This document shows, in pieces, positions 1 to 8,639 of a stretch of DNA of 44,457 nucleotides. The notes under the pieces were generated by a model that saw only the letters and a program-made list of their open reading frames with translations, was not told the origin of the DNA and made no database searches. Position numbers and translations under genes: made by a program. This DNA is from a virus (lineage: Duplodnaviria; Heunggongvirae; Uroviricota; Caudoviricetes), in the IMG/VR virus record IMGVR_UViG_2531839331_000012; one strand, given 5' to 3'. Positions within the stretch are counted from its first letter, which is position 1, and each line of letters begins with the position of its first letter.

Positions 1-1284
1 TTACTTCTTCGCCTCTGCAACCACTTTACTACCCACGCCGCGGTTATTGTATTCCCACATGCGGTTGTAGTTAGTGTCATTCAGATTGCGCTGTATTTCG
101 TCGTTATCATCTACGCTGCCGGTATTACCCGCAAACGGACGATTAGAGATCACCGCATCGGCCCACGGTTTAGCCGTGTTAAAACCTTCGTTGATGGCGC
201 TATCACGGATCACCACCTGACCGTTGGTATTGGCATCAACATCCAGCGAGCGGCCCAGTTGCGCCACACCATCACCGAAAGCATTGAAACGGCTGTTTAC
301 GGCGAGGAAACCGTAGTAAATGTTGGACAGCGTAGCCGGTGCAAACACATACGCTTCTTGCTGAGTACGTGAGTTCACCACGCGGAATTCGGTGTTATCG
401 AACACCACTGCGCCGCGACCAGAAACGATATCCACATCCCCTTCAATGTAGCTGTTGGTCACCAGCGTACGCGGCTGACGGTTGGTTTCCAGACGGTTCT
501 GCACACCGCTGTTGGTGACAAAGAAGGTGTTCTGACGACCGAGAATGTTAACGTTGTTAATCTGTACCTGGTCACCATCAGTACGCAGTGCCACCGCCGG
601 ATGGTTACCTGCATCTACGCTATCGCCCAGCGTGTTTTCGATGGTCAGATTTTGCAGTTGCAGGCCATTGTTTTGTGACCAGAAGACCGCAGAGCAGAGA
701 ACACCGATACTGTCGCTGCGTTTGCTCTGGCAGCTATCGTACATATACCACGCTGGTTTACCTGGCATATATTTGCCGCGCGGGTTGACGTCGTGACGCC
801 AGTCGGCAGGGCTCATGCCCCCATCAAGGGAAAGCCCAATCTTCACATCAATCGGTTTTTCACCTGTACCGTACAGAGTAATTCCACCCGGAGCAGCAGG
901 GACATACACCGTTCCCTGATACTCACCAGGCATCACGGCAATATACTGGCGCTTGTTAGTGCGCTTGATAATTGCCGCATCTACCGCCGCCTGAATCGTG
1001 GTATGCGTTACACCTTGAGTACCCGCCGGGCCGACAACAAAGTCAGGTTGCGCAGGCAGGGTAATCGGGGAAGGATTCCACGCTGCAGCACCTGGTGTCA
1101 GGGATGCAAAATAGTGTTGAGCATCGAAATTCTGCGCTTCTTTTGCCGACAGAATCGGGCGAGAAGAGGTACCAGGCGCGGTTTGATCAGAAGGACGTTG
1201 ATCGGGTGGTGTTGAGCTACAGGCGGTCAGCGTCACGCCAAAAGCCAATGCCAGCGCCAGACGGGAAACTGAAAATGTGTTCAC
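1..1284 (-). CDS. ybhC: YbhC putative acyl-CoA thioesterase / pectinesterase-like outer-membrane lipoprotein (host gene flanking attB-lambda)
   Basis: 427-aa ORF with lipoprotein signal (LTAC lipobox); matches recalled E. coli YbhC; located immediately outside attL. Confidence 0.85.
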   Translation of the reverse strand: MNTFSVSRLALALAFGVTLTACSSTPPDQRPSDQTAPGTSSRPILSAKEAQNFDAQHYFASLTPGAAAWNPSPITLPAQPDFVVGPAGTQGVTHTTIQAAVDAAIIKRTNKRQYIAVMPGEYQGTVYVPAAPGGITLYGTGEKPIDVKIGLSLDGGMSPADWRHDVNPRGKYMPGKPAWYMYDSCQSKRSDSIGVLCSAVFWSQNNGLQLQNLTIENTLGDSVDAGNHPAVALRTDGDQVQINNVNILGRQNTFFVTNSGVQNRLETNRQPRTLVTNSYIEGDVDIVSGRGAVVFDNTEFRVVNSRTQQEAYVFAPATLSNIYYGFLAVNSRFNAFGDGVAQLGRSLDVDANTNGQVVIRDSAINEGFNTAKPWADAVISNRPFAGNTGSVDDNDEIQRNLNDTNYNRMWEYNNRGVGSKVVAEAKK

Positions 1285-1315
1285 AGGTTGCTCCGGGCTA
1301 TGAAATAGAAAAATG

Positions 1316-1423
1316 AATCCGTTGAAGCCTGCTTTTTTATACTAAGTTGGCATTATAAAAAAGCATTGCTTATCAATTTGTTGCAACGAACAGGTCACTA
1401 TCAGTCAAAATAAAATCATTATT
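1316..1423. other. attL (B-O-P') of lambda site-specific integration; core GCTTTTTTATACTAA at 1331-1345, IHF-like site TATCAATTTGTTG 1371-1383, Int arm-type sites (CAGGTCACTAT, CAGTCAAAAT, AAATCATTAT) 1391-1420
   Basis: Exact 15-bp lambda core followed by the lambda P' arm sequence read directly in the window; overlaps int 3' end as in lambda. Confidence 0.92.
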
Positions 1424-2489
1424 TGATTTCAATTTTGTCCCACTCCCTGCCTCTGTCATCACGATACTGTGATGCCATGGTGTCCGACTTATGCCCGAGA
1501 AGATGTTGAGCAAACTTATCGCTTATCTGCTTCTCATAGAGTCTTGCAGACAAACTGCGCAACTCGTGAAAGGTAGGCGGATCCCCTTCGAAGGAAAGAC
1601 CTGATGCTTTTCGTGCGCGCATAAAATACCTTGATACTGTGCCGGATGAAAGCGGTTCGCGACGAGTAGATGCAATTATGGTTTCTCCGCCAAGAATCTC
1701 TTTGCATTTATCAAGTGTTTCCTTCATTGATATTCCGAGAGCATCAACATGCAATGCTGTTGGGATGGCAATTTTTACGCCTGTTTTGCTTTGCTCGACA
1801 TAAAGATATCCATCTACGATATCAGACCACTTCATTTCGCATAAATCACCAACTCGTTGCCCGGTAACAACAGCCAGTTCCATTGCAAGTCTGAGCCAAC
1901 ATGGTGATGATTCTGCTGCTTGATAAATTTTCAGGTATTCGTCAGCCGTAAGTCTTGATCTCCTTACCTCTGATTTTGCTGCGCGAGTGGCAGCGACAGG
2001 GGTTGTTGTTATATGGCCTTCAGCTATTGCCTCTCGGAATGCATCGCTCAGTGTTGATCTGATTAACTTGGCTGACGCCGCCTTGCCCTCGTCTATGTAT
2101 CCATTGAGCATTGCCGCAATTTCTTTTGTGGTGATGTCTTCAAGTGGAGCATCAGGCAGACCCCTCCTTATTGCTTTAATTTTGCTCATGTAATTTATGA
2201 GTGTCTTCTGCTTGATTCCTCTGCTGGCCAGGATTTTTTCGTAGCGATCAAGCCATGAATGTAACGTAACGGAATTATCACTGTTGATTCTCGCTGTCAG
2301 AGGCTTGTGTTTGTGTCCTGAAAATAACTCAATGTTGGCCTGTATGGCTTCAGTGATTGCGATTCGCCTGTCTCTGCCTAATCCAAACTCTTTACCCGTC
2401 CTTGGGTCCCTGTAGCAGTAATATCCATTGTTTCTTATATAAAGGTTAGGGGGTAAATCCCGGCGCTCATGACTTCGCCTTCTTCCCAT
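1419..2489 (-). CDS. int: Integrase (tyrosine recombinase), lambda Int
   Basis: 356-aa ORF matching recalled lambda Int sequence; adjacent to attL. Confidence 0.97.
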   Translation of the reverse strand: MGRRRSHERRDLPPNLYIRNNGYYCYRDPRTGKEFGLGRDRRIAITEAIQANIELFSGHKHKPLTARINSDNSVTLHSWLDRYEKILASRGIKQKTLINYMSKIKAIRRGLPDAPLEDITTKEIAAMLNGYIDEGKAASAKLIRSTLSDAFREAIAEGHITTTPVAATRAAKSEVRRSRLTADEYLKIYQAAESSPCWLRLAMELAVVTGQRVGDLCEMKWSDIVDGYLYVEQSKTGVKIAIPTALHVDALGISMKETLDKCKEILGGETIIASTRREPLSSGTVSRYFMRARKASGLSFEGDPPTFHELRSLSARLYEKQISDKFAQHLLGHKSDTMASQYRDDRGREWDKIEIK

Positions 2490-2685
2490 TTCTGATCCTC
2501 TTCAAAAGGCTACCTGTTACTGGTCGATTTAAGTCAACCTTTACCGCTGATTCGTGGAACAGATACTCTCTTCCATCCTTAACCGGAGGAGGGAATATCC
2601 TGCACTCGCGTACCCATCGACGAACTGTTTCAAGGCTTCTTGGGCGTCGCTGGCGTGCGTTCCACTCCTGAAGTGTCAAGTACAT
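2467..2685 (-). CDS. xis: Excisionase Xis
   Basis: 72-aa ORF matching recalled lambda Xis; overlaps int start as in lambda. Confidence 0.95.
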   Translation of the reverse strand: MYLTLQEWNARQRRPRSLETVRRWVRECRIFPPPVKDGREYLFHESAVKVDLNRPVTGSLLKRIRNGKKAKS

Positions 2686-2724
2686 CGCAAAGTCTCCGCA
2701 ATTACACGCAAGAAAAAACCGCCA

Positions 2725-2892
2725 TCAGGCGGCTTGGTGTTCTTTCAGTTCTTCAATTCGAATATTGGTTACGTCTGCATGTGCTATCTGCGCCCACAGC
2801 ATCCAGTGGTCATAGCAGTCGCTGATGTTCTCGGCTTCGATAACTCTGTTGAATGGTTCTCCATTCCATTCACCTGTGACTCGGAAGTGCAT
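2725..2892 (-). CDS. Hypothetical protein, lambda orf55 equivalent
   Basis: 55-aa ORF (MHFRVTGEWNGEPFNRVIEAENISDCYDHWMLWAQIAHADVTNIRIEELKEHQAA) hand-translated; below ORF-track cutoff; same position and length as lambda's 168-nt ORF after xis. Confidence 0.5.
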   Translation of the reverse strand: MHFRVTGEWNGEPFNRVIEAENISDCYDHWMLWAQIAHADVTNIRIEELKEHQAA

Positions 2893-2930
2893 TTATCATC
2901 TCCATAAAACAAAACCCGCCGTAGCGAGTT

Positions 2931-2962
2931 CAGATAAAAGAAATCCTCGTCAGTGCGAGGAT
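2931..2962 (-). terminator. Putative rho-independent terminator on minus strand (7-bp stem ATCCTCG/CGAGGAT followed by T-rich tract)
   Basis: Hairpin 2943-2962 plus A-run 2936-2942 on + strand (T-run on minus) read in sequence. Confidence 0.4.
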
Positions 2963-3206
2963 GCTGTTCATTGCTGCTATACACTTTTTTGCTCTCAACG
3001 TAAGCGGTAGCCCATTCTGTTGGGTTGGTGCAGTTGCTTTTAGGAAATGCTATTTACCCCTTAAATGTCGGCTGAAAGAGCTAAAATCCATGCAAAAAAT
3101 TTACGCAATTTTGTGTATTATTGTGCAGTAAGTAATGAGCTATTTTCTGCGCAAAAAATGGATGGTAAATTTGTCCGGGTCAGGAAAAATTTTATGGGCG
3201 CTAAAC

Positions 3207-3737
3207 ATGAAAAAAGATTCGTATCCTTATTTGATTTGCATGACAGTTTCAGGGCTGATCTTTATTTTCCTTTTCTTCTGGTGGCGGGCAGATATCTACA
3301 GGGTCACGTTTCTTAATCAGAGTATATCCCACTATTACATTCTGTTTAGCATGGGAATAGCTTTTCTGTTATCTCTGTTTTGGGTTAAGAAGGGGATAGT
3401 AAAACAAAGAGGCTGGAAGAGTCTGTCAGCATACCTTAAGGTTTATGCAGGGATGTGCATATTTGCAGGATTTTTTCTGATTATACCCCTTACGACACTA
3501 ACTTATTTTTTGCCTGGAGAGACATCGTCTTATGTTGCACCGTATCGGTATACTTCCGGTAGTTCAAAAAGTTGTTCTGGAGCTGAGGTGGATGACCCCG
3601 ATCTACATGAGAATATTCGCATTTGCTATCCGTATGGCAATTATGAGTACGATAATATTATCTATGTTGAAAAGAAAATTAATATATTAGGTGCGGTAGT
3701 GACATATGCACAGACCGCGCGTGATGATACTGAATGA
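3207..3737 (+). CDS. Hypothetical integral membrane protein (3 predicted N-terminal TM helices plus Cys-containing C-terminal domain); AT-rich moron in ea8.5/ea22 slot
   Basis: 176-aa ORF from ATG 3207 (ORF track gives longer 3135 start); strongly hydrophobic segments; opposite orientation to flanking leftward operon; AT-rich. Confidence 0.55.
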   Translation: MKKDSYPYLICMTVSGLIFIFLFFWWRADIYRVTFLNQSISHYYILFSMGIAFLLSLFWVKKGIVKQRGWKSLSAYLKVYAGMCIFAGFFLIIPLTTLTYFLPGETSSYVAPYRYTSGSSKSCSGAEVDDPDLHENIRICYPYGNYEYDNIIYVEKKINILGAVVTYAQTARDDTE

Positions 3738-3771
3738 TATAGTATATAGCGGGCAAGTTTTAGTTAATTTA

Positions 3772-3795
3772 TCGAGGTAATATAATTTACCTCGA
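3772..3795. terminator. Perfect 9-bp-stem hairpin (TCGAGGTAA-TATAAT-TTACCTCGA) downstream of membrane-protein gene; candidate terminator
   Basis: Inverted repeat read directly. Confidence 0.4.
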
Positions 3796-3947
3796 CTCGT
3801 TTGTTCTGGTATTAATATTTCGCTTTACGACCGATTTTTATCTGATGATATCATGCGGTTTTCATATACTGACTTACTGTCTTTTCTCCGTTAGCGATTT
3901 TCTCCTGCTCAGCGATGATTTTATCTTTGGCTTTTAGTTAATTTCGC

Positions 3948-4169
3948 TCACTTCGAACCTCTCTGTTTACTGATAAGCTCCAGATCCTCCTGGCAACTTG
4001 CACAAGTCCGACAACCCTGAACGACCAGGCGTCTTCGTTCATCTATCGGATCGCCACACTCACAACAATGAGTGGCAGATATAGCCTGGTGGTTCAGGCG
4101 GCGCATTTTTATTGCTGTGTTGCGCTGTAATTCTTCAATTTCTGATGCTGAATCAATGATGTCTGCCAT
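3948..4169 (-). CDS. DksA/TraR-family C4 zinc-finger protein
   Basis: 73-aa ORF with CxxC-x17-CxxC (CECGD...CRTCASC) typical of TraR/DksA C4 zinc fingers; SD GGAAG upstream. Confidence 0.7.
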   Translation of the reverse strand: MADIIDSASEIEELQRNTAIKMRRLNHQAISATHCCECGDPIDERRRLVVQGCRTCASCQEDLELISKQRGSK

Positions 4170-4224
4170 CTTCCATTAATCCCTGAATTGTTGGTTAATA
4201 CGCTTGAGGGTGAATGCGAATAAT

Positions 4225-4245
4225 AAAAAAGGAGCCTGTAGCTCC
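4225..4245 (-). terminator. Putative rho-independent terminator on minus strand (GGAGCCTGTAGCTCC hairpin followed by T6)
   Basis: Hairpin 4231-4245 and A6 4225-4230 on + strand. Confidence 0.45.
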
Positions 4246-4267
4246 CTGATGATTTTGCTTTTCATGT

Positions 4268-4579
4268 TCATCGTTCCTTAAAGACGCCGTTTAACATGCC
4301 GATTGCCAGGCTTAAATGAGTCGGTGTGAATCCCATCAGCGTTACCGTTTCGCGGTGCTTCTTCAGTACGCTACGGCAAATGTCATCGACGTTTTTATCC
4401 GGAAACTGCTGTCTGGCTTTTTTGATTTCAGAATTAGCCTGACGGGCAATGCTGCGAAGGGCGTTTTCCTGCTGAGGTGTCATTGAACAAGTCCCATGTC
4501 GGCAAGCATAAGCACACAGAATATGAAGCCCGCTGCCAGAAAAATGCATTCCGTGGTTGTCATACCTGGTCTCTCTCAT
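4268..4579 (-). CDS. Hypothetical protein in lambda orf61 position (start uncertain; ATG at 4483 would give 72 aa)
   Basis: 103-aa ORF; upstream end coincides with lambda orf61 start by collinearity with orf63/orf60a. Confidence 0.4.
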   Translation of the reverse strand: MRETRYDNHGMHFSGSGLHILCAYACRHGTCSMTPQQENALRSIARQANSEIKKARQQFPDKNVDDICRSVLKKHRETVTLMGFTPTHLSLAIGMLNGVFKER

Positions 4580-4751
4580 CTGCTTCTGCTTTCGCCACCA
4601 TCATTTCCAGCTTTTGTGAAAGGGATGCGGCTAACGTATGAAATTCTTCGTCTGTTTCTACTGGTATTGGCACAAACCTGACTCCAATTTGAGCGAGGCT
4701 ATGTGCCATCTCGATACTCGTTCTTAACTCAACGGGAGATGCTTTGTGCAT
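4560..4751 (-). CDS. Hypothetical protein, lambda orf63 equivalent
   Basis: 63-aa ORF collinear with lambda orf63. Confidence 0.7.
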   Translation of the reverse strand: MHKASPVELRTSIEMAHSLAQIGVRFVPIPVETDEEFHTLAASLSQKLEMMVAKAEADERDQV

Positions 4752-4912
4752 ACAGCTCCCCGTTTATTATTTATCTCCTCAGCCAGCCGCTGTGCTTTCA
4801 GGGGATTTCGGATAACAGAAAGGCCGGGAAATACCCAGCCTCGCTTCGTAACGGAGTAGACGAAAGTGATCGTGCCTACGCGGATATTATCGTGAGGATG
4901 TTTCATCGCCAT
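4724..4912 (-). CDS. Hypothetical protein, lambda orf60a equivalent
   Basis: 62-aa ORF collinear with lambda orf60a. Confidence 0.7.
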   Translation of the reverse strand: MAMKHPHDNIRVGTITFVYSVTKRGWVFPGLSVIRNPLKAQRLAEEINNKRGAVCTKHLPLS

Positions 4913-5583
4913 TGCTCCCCAAATACAAAACCAATTTCAGCCAGTGCCTCGTCCATTTTTTCGATGAACTCCGGCACCATCTCGTCAAAACTCGCCATGT
5001 AATTTTCATCCCGCTCAACCACGACATAATGCAGGCCTTCACGCTTCATTCGTGGGTCATAGTTGGCAAAGTACCAGGCATCTTTTCGCGTCACCCACAT
5101 GCTGTACTGCACCTGGGCCATGTAAGCTGACTTTATGGCCTCGAAACCACCGAGCCGGAATTTCATGAAATCCCGGGAGGTAAACGGGCATTTCAGTTCA
5201 AGGCCGTTGCCGTCACTGCATAAACCATCGGGAGAGCAGGCGGTGCGCATACTTTCGTCGCGATAGATGATCGGGGATTCAGTAACATTCACGCCGGAAG
5301 TAAACTCAAACAGGGCTCTGGCGTCGTTCTCGTACTGTTTTCCCCAGGCCAGCGCCTTAGCATTAACTTCCGGAGCCACACCGGTGCAAACCTCAGCCAG
5401 CAGGGTGTGGAAGTAGGACATTTTCATGTCAGGCCACTTCTTTCCTGAGCGGGGCTTTGCTATCACGTTGTGAACTTCTGAAGCGGTGATGACGCCGAGC
5501 CGTAATTTGTGCCATGCATCATCCCCCTGTTCGACAGCTCTCACGTCGATCCCGGTACGCTGCAGGATAATGTCCGGTGTCAT
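4903..5583 (-). CDS. exo: Lambda exonuclease (Red alpha)
   Basis: 226-aa ORF matching recalled lambda Exo. Confidence 0.97.
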   Translation of the reverse strand: MTPDIILQRTGIDVRAVEQGDDAWHKLRLGVITASEVHNVIAKPRSGKKWPDMKMSYFHTLLAEVCTGVAPEVNAKALAWGKQYENDARALFEFTSGVNVTESPIIYRDESMRTACSPDGLCSDGNGLELKCPFTSRDFMKFRLGGFEAIKSAYMAQVQYSMWVTRKDAWYFANYDPRMKREGLHYVVVERDENYMASFDEMVPEFIEKMDEALAEIGFVFGEQWR

Positions 5584-6365
5584 GCTGCCACCTTCTGCTC
5601 AGTGGCTTTCTGTTTCAGGAATCCAAGAGCTTTCACTGCTTCGGCCTGTGTCAGTTCTGACGATGCGCGAATGTCGCGGCGAAATATCTGGGAACAGAGC
5701 GGCAATAAGTCGTCATCCCATGTTTTATCCAGGGCGATCAGCAGAGTGTTAATCTCCTGCATGGTTTCATCGTTAACCGGAGTGATGTCGCGTTCCGGCT
5801 GACGTTCTGCAGTGTATGCAGTATTTTCGACAATGCGCTCGGCTTCATCCTTGTCATAGATACCAGCAAATCCGAAGGCCAGACGGGCACACTGAATCAT
5901 GGCTTTATGCCGTAACATCCGTTTGGGATGCGACTGCCACGGCCCCGTAATTTCTCTGCCTTCGCGAGTTTTGAATGGTTCGCGGCGGCATTCATCCATC
6001 CATTCGGTAACGCAGATCGGATGATTACGGTCCTTGCGGTAAATCCGGCATGTACAGGATTCATTGTCCTGCTCAAAGTCCATGCCATCAAACTGCTGGT
6101 TTTCATTGATGATGCGGGACCAGCCATCAACGCCCACCACCGGAACGATGCCGTTCTGCTTATCAGGGAAGGCGTAAATTTCTTTCGTCCACGGATTAAG
6201 GCCGTACTGGTTGGCGACGATCAACAATGCGATGAACTGCGCATCGCTGGCATCACCTTTAAATGCCGTCTGGCGAAGAGTGGTGATCAGTTCCTGTGGG
6301 TCGACAGAATCCATGCCGACACGTTCAGCCAGCTTCCCTGCCAGCGTTGCGAGTGCTGTACTCAT
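5580..6365 (-). CDS. bet: Red beta single-strand annealing protein
   Basis: 261-aa ORF matching recalled lambda Bet. Confidence 0.97.
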   Translation of the reverse strand: MSTALATLAGKLAERVGMDSVDPQELITTLRQTAFKGDASDAQFIALLIVANQYGLNPWTKEIYAFPDKQNGIVPVVGVDGWSRIINENQQFDGMDFEQDNESCTCRIYRKDRNHPICVTEWMDECRREPFKTREGREITGPWQSHPKRMLRHKAMIQCARLAFGFAGIYDKDEAERIVENTAYTAERQPERDITPVNDETMQEINTLLIALDKTWDDDLLPLCSQIFRRDIRASSELTQAEAVKALGFLKQKATEQKVAA

Positions 6366-6370
6366 CCGTT

Positions 6371-6667
6371 TTATACCTCTGAATCAATATCAACCTGGTG
6401 GCGGGCAATAGTTTCAACCATGTACCGTATGTGTTCTGCCATGCGTTCCTGAAACTCAACATCGTCATCAAACGCACGGGTAATGGCTTTTTTGCTGGCC
6501 CCGTGGCGTTGCAAATGATCGATGCATAGCGATTCAAACAGGTGCTGGGGCAGGCCTTTTTCCATGTCGTCTGCCAGTTCTGCCTCTTTCTCTTCACGGG
6601 CGATCTGCTGGTAGTGACGCGCCCAGCTCTGAGCCTCAAGACGATCCTGAATGTAATAAGCGTTCAT
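6371..6667 (-). CDS. gam: Gam, RecBCD inhibitor (98-aa short form only)
   Basis: Matches C-terminal 98 aa of lambda Gam ([15 protein letters not shown]...); good SD AGGAG upstream; the longer 138-aa lambda form is not available in this sequence. Confidence 0.9.
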   Translation of the reverse strand: MNAYYIQDRLEAQSWARHYQQIAREEKEAELADDMEKGLPQHLFESLCIDHLQRHGASKKAITRAFDDDVEFQERMAEHIRYMVETIARHQVDIDSEV

Positions 6668-6743
6668 GGCTGAACTCCTGAAAATGGCTGTGAAAATATC
6701 GCCCGCGAAATGCCAGGCTGATTAGGAAAACAGGAAAGGGGGG

Positions 6744-7034
6744 TTAGTGATTCAGGCCGTTACCGCGTCCGTCGAGAAAAACTTCCACGAGCAAATCACG
6801 GGTATAAGTGCGCTCGATGCCGCGATGCAGATAAAGCCGTCCGCGTAAATTAGCTGATGCAGTCCAGGTACCATCTTTGTGTTTGACCAGCATTCCTGGC
6901 ATGACCGCACCTCGATTAACGGTCTGCGTTCCGTAATGTTGATGAACCATAAAAACTCCTGCCCGTAAGCTGGGCTGCTGAACATATAAAGACTTCTGCG
7001 CGTATTCAGGCGGTGGATGGCCGCCGGTTGTCAT
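6744..7034 (-). CDS. Hypothetical protein, first gene after pL; possible Kil-like host cell-division inhibitor
   Basis: 96-aa ORF with SD GAGGCGG; weak resemblance from memory to Rac KilR (ASAN...VFLDGRG motifs); not lambda kil/cIII. Confidence 0.35.
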   Translation of the reverse strand: MTTGGHPPPEYAQKSLYVQQPSLRAGVFMVHQHYGTQTVNRGAVMPGMLVKHKDGTWTASANLRGRLYLHRGIERTYTRDLLVEVFLDGRGNGLNH

Positions 7035-7224
7035 AACTAAGCCGCCTCGTTGAAGCGACTAAGGTATGAAATGTTGAGTTAATTTCAGCTGGTCACACCG
7101 ACGTTCACGCGTCCGTTTCACCCCTCGCACTCCCCGAAGCCTGCTGAAATTCAAACTGCGGATCTAAGCGGTCATCGCAACGGTGAATCAGGTAGTTGCC
7201 GTATCGTTGTGTTGTTGCGATGAA

Positions 7225-7300
7225 CTTATTTAAAACTATAGTTGTTTTATCGTCAACAACAAAAGTTGTTTTATTGGTTGTTTTAGATATAACTGGTTGT
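7225..7300 (-). promoter_or_regulatory. Putative pL promoter with OL operators: -35 TTGACG (complement of 7251-7256), 17-bp spacer, -10 TTAAAT (complement of 7228-7233); repeated GTTGTT/AACAAC half-sites
   Basis: Near-identical to the pR promoter at 8284-8312; five GTTGTT hexamers in inverted/everted arrangement. Confidence 0.6.
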
Positions 7301-7392
7301 ATTTAGGATGGATTTATTTTGTGACTTGAATCGCATAGCGATAACTGAAGCGAGGTTATGGTGGTTTTTTTAACGGTGTGTGTGATGAGGGG

Positions 7393-7424
7393 AGGGCAAA
7401 AGAAAACCCGGCACGGTGACCGGG
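7393..7424 (-). terminator. Rho-independent terminator downstream of repressor gene (CCCGG-loop-CCGGG followed by TTTTCTTTTG on minus strand)
   Basis: GC-rich hairpin 7407-7424 and A-rich 7395-7406 on + strand. Confidence 0.55.
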
Positions 7425-7545
7425 ATTCTTACGCCGTTAGGTAAAGATATTATTGCGGTGGCTTAATATTACTACCTAGAGCAAAGATAGGAATTAGTTC
7501 TTTACTGAATGAGCACAATGCCCAGTTGATAATTTTTAATTGGTA

Positions 7546-8235
7546 CTACCCATGCTTCCTATATGTCTGCGGCATGCTCCCAATAACCTTACCGAAGATG
7601 AACACCCGGTTCATCTCGTCTTTCTCGATCGGGTCCCACGGTGAGTAGCTTTTGTTATCAGAGATGACCAGCAGCTTATTCTTCATCATTTGCAGGCGCT
7701 TTACATGGGCTGTGTCGTCGTACAGAAACGCATAGATACCATCACCGTCGAAAGATTTAACTGTGATATCAACGAACAGCAGATCACCTGGTTCGATCGT
7801 TCCTGACATGCTGTCACCACGCACGTTAATGATGCGGATATTTTCCGCCTTCCTACCATCGAACATGTGACGAGCATCGTCAAACGAGTACTCAACCGAG
7901 CGTAGAACTTCTACAAACTCACGGTTGATGACTCCCGGCCCAGCACTGACTTCTATATCAAGAACGTCAATCTTGAAGTATTTGGAATGGCTGACAGTTG
8001 ATTGTATTGGTTGCACTGTACTGTCTGACATATTTCCAACGCCAGAAGATAACCATTCTGCGCGCACACCCAAAGCGTTCGCGATCTCCACGATTTTAGT
8101 TGTTTGATTAGCTTTCCCTGTTTCGATTTTCTGAATAGCAGCCTGGCTAACCCCGACCAAATCCCCAAGCGCCTTTTGTGTAAGGCCTCGCGCTAATCTG
8201 GCTTCTTTAAGTCTTTCTGAGAGTGTTGTTTTCAT
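7546..8235 (-). CDS. CI-like prophage repressor (N-terminal XRE HTH, C-terminal S24 LexA-like autopeptidase)
   Basis: 229 aa from ATG 8235 (MKTTLSERLKE...); HTH region, Ala-Gly cleavage site (VSAGPG), GDSM serine and downstream Lys; divergent from cro. Confidence 0.85.
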   Translation of the reverse strand: MKTTLSERLKEARLARGLTQKALGDLVGVSQAAIQKIETGKANQTTKIVEIANALGVRAEWLSSGVGNMSDSTVQPIQSTVSHSKYFKIDVLDIEVSAGPGVINREFVEVLRSVEYSFDDARHMFDGRKAENIRIINVRGDSMSGTIEPGDLLFVDITVKSFDGDGIYAFLYDDTAHVKRLQMMKNKLLVISDNKSYSPWDPIEKDEMNRVFIFGKVIGSMPQTYRKHG

Positions 8236-8276
8236 AGTCCAAATGTACAACCAAGGTTTTATTCCATCAAACGAAA

Positions 8277-8312
8277 ATGGTTGTTGACTAAAAACAACCA
8301 TAGTTTTAATCT
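8277..8312 (+). promoter_or_regulatory. OR/pR: 25-bp palindrome ATGGTTGTT-N7-AACAACCAT (8277-8301) overlapping pR -35 TTGACT (8284-8289) and -10 TAATCT (8307-8312)
   Basis: Read directly; SD GGAGG 8330-8334 precedes cro ATG 8340. Confidence 0.65.
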
Positions 8313-8339
8313 TGATTCAAATTAACCACGGAGGTTGTT

Positions 8340-8570
8340 ATGAACCCAGCTATCAAAACAGCGATCAATATCGTTGGTTCACAAAAGAAACTGGGCGCTG
8401 CTTGCGAAGTTTCACAGCAGGCCGTCTATAAGTGGCTTCACAACAAAGCAAAGGTATCCCCTGAACATGTCGGCAGCATTGTTACGGCTACTGGGGGAGT
8501 AGTGAAGGCATACCAGATTCGCCCGGATCTTCCGAAGTTGTTTCCACACACCGAAAAGAACGCAGCTTAA
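8340..8570 (+). CDS. cro: Cro-like repressor (Cro/YdaS-family HTH)
   Basis: 76-aa ORF divergent from repressor gene, strong SD; position and size. Confidence 0.75.
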   Translation: MNPAIKTAINIVGSQKKLGAACEVSQQAVYKWLHNKAKVSPEHVGSIVTATGGVVKAYQIRPDLPKLFPHTEKNAA

Positions 8571-8582
8571 ATTTCCATTTCA

Positions 8583-8595
8583 CGCTCTTTAACAA
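8583..8595 (+). promoter_or_regulatory. boxA-like antitermination element CGCTCTTTAACAA (nutR position)
   Basis: Exact match to the rrn/lambdoid boxA consensus GCTCTTTAACAA; no obvious boxB hairpin follows. Confidence 0.5.
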
Positions 8596-8639
8596 TAAGC
8601 AATCAACTTAACAGTCAATTCAAACTAAAGGAGTCAATT

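Noticed and set aside
2713-2732. Short hairpin (CCGCC-ATCA-GGCGG) with A6 on + strand just upstream of the xis start
   Set aside because: Only a 5-bp stem and it overlaps the orf55 stop codon; too weak to call a terminator with confidence.
2554-3010. Plus-strand ORFs of 117, 61 and 61 aa around the xis start
   Set aside because: Overlap xis and orf55 on the opposite strand or lie in the intergenic promoter region; no RBS; lambda-collinear minus-strand genes explain the sequence.
6325-6639. 104-aa minus-strand ORF overlapping gam in another frame
   Set aside because: Same strand as gam but out of frame with the well-conserved Gam sequence; no independent support.
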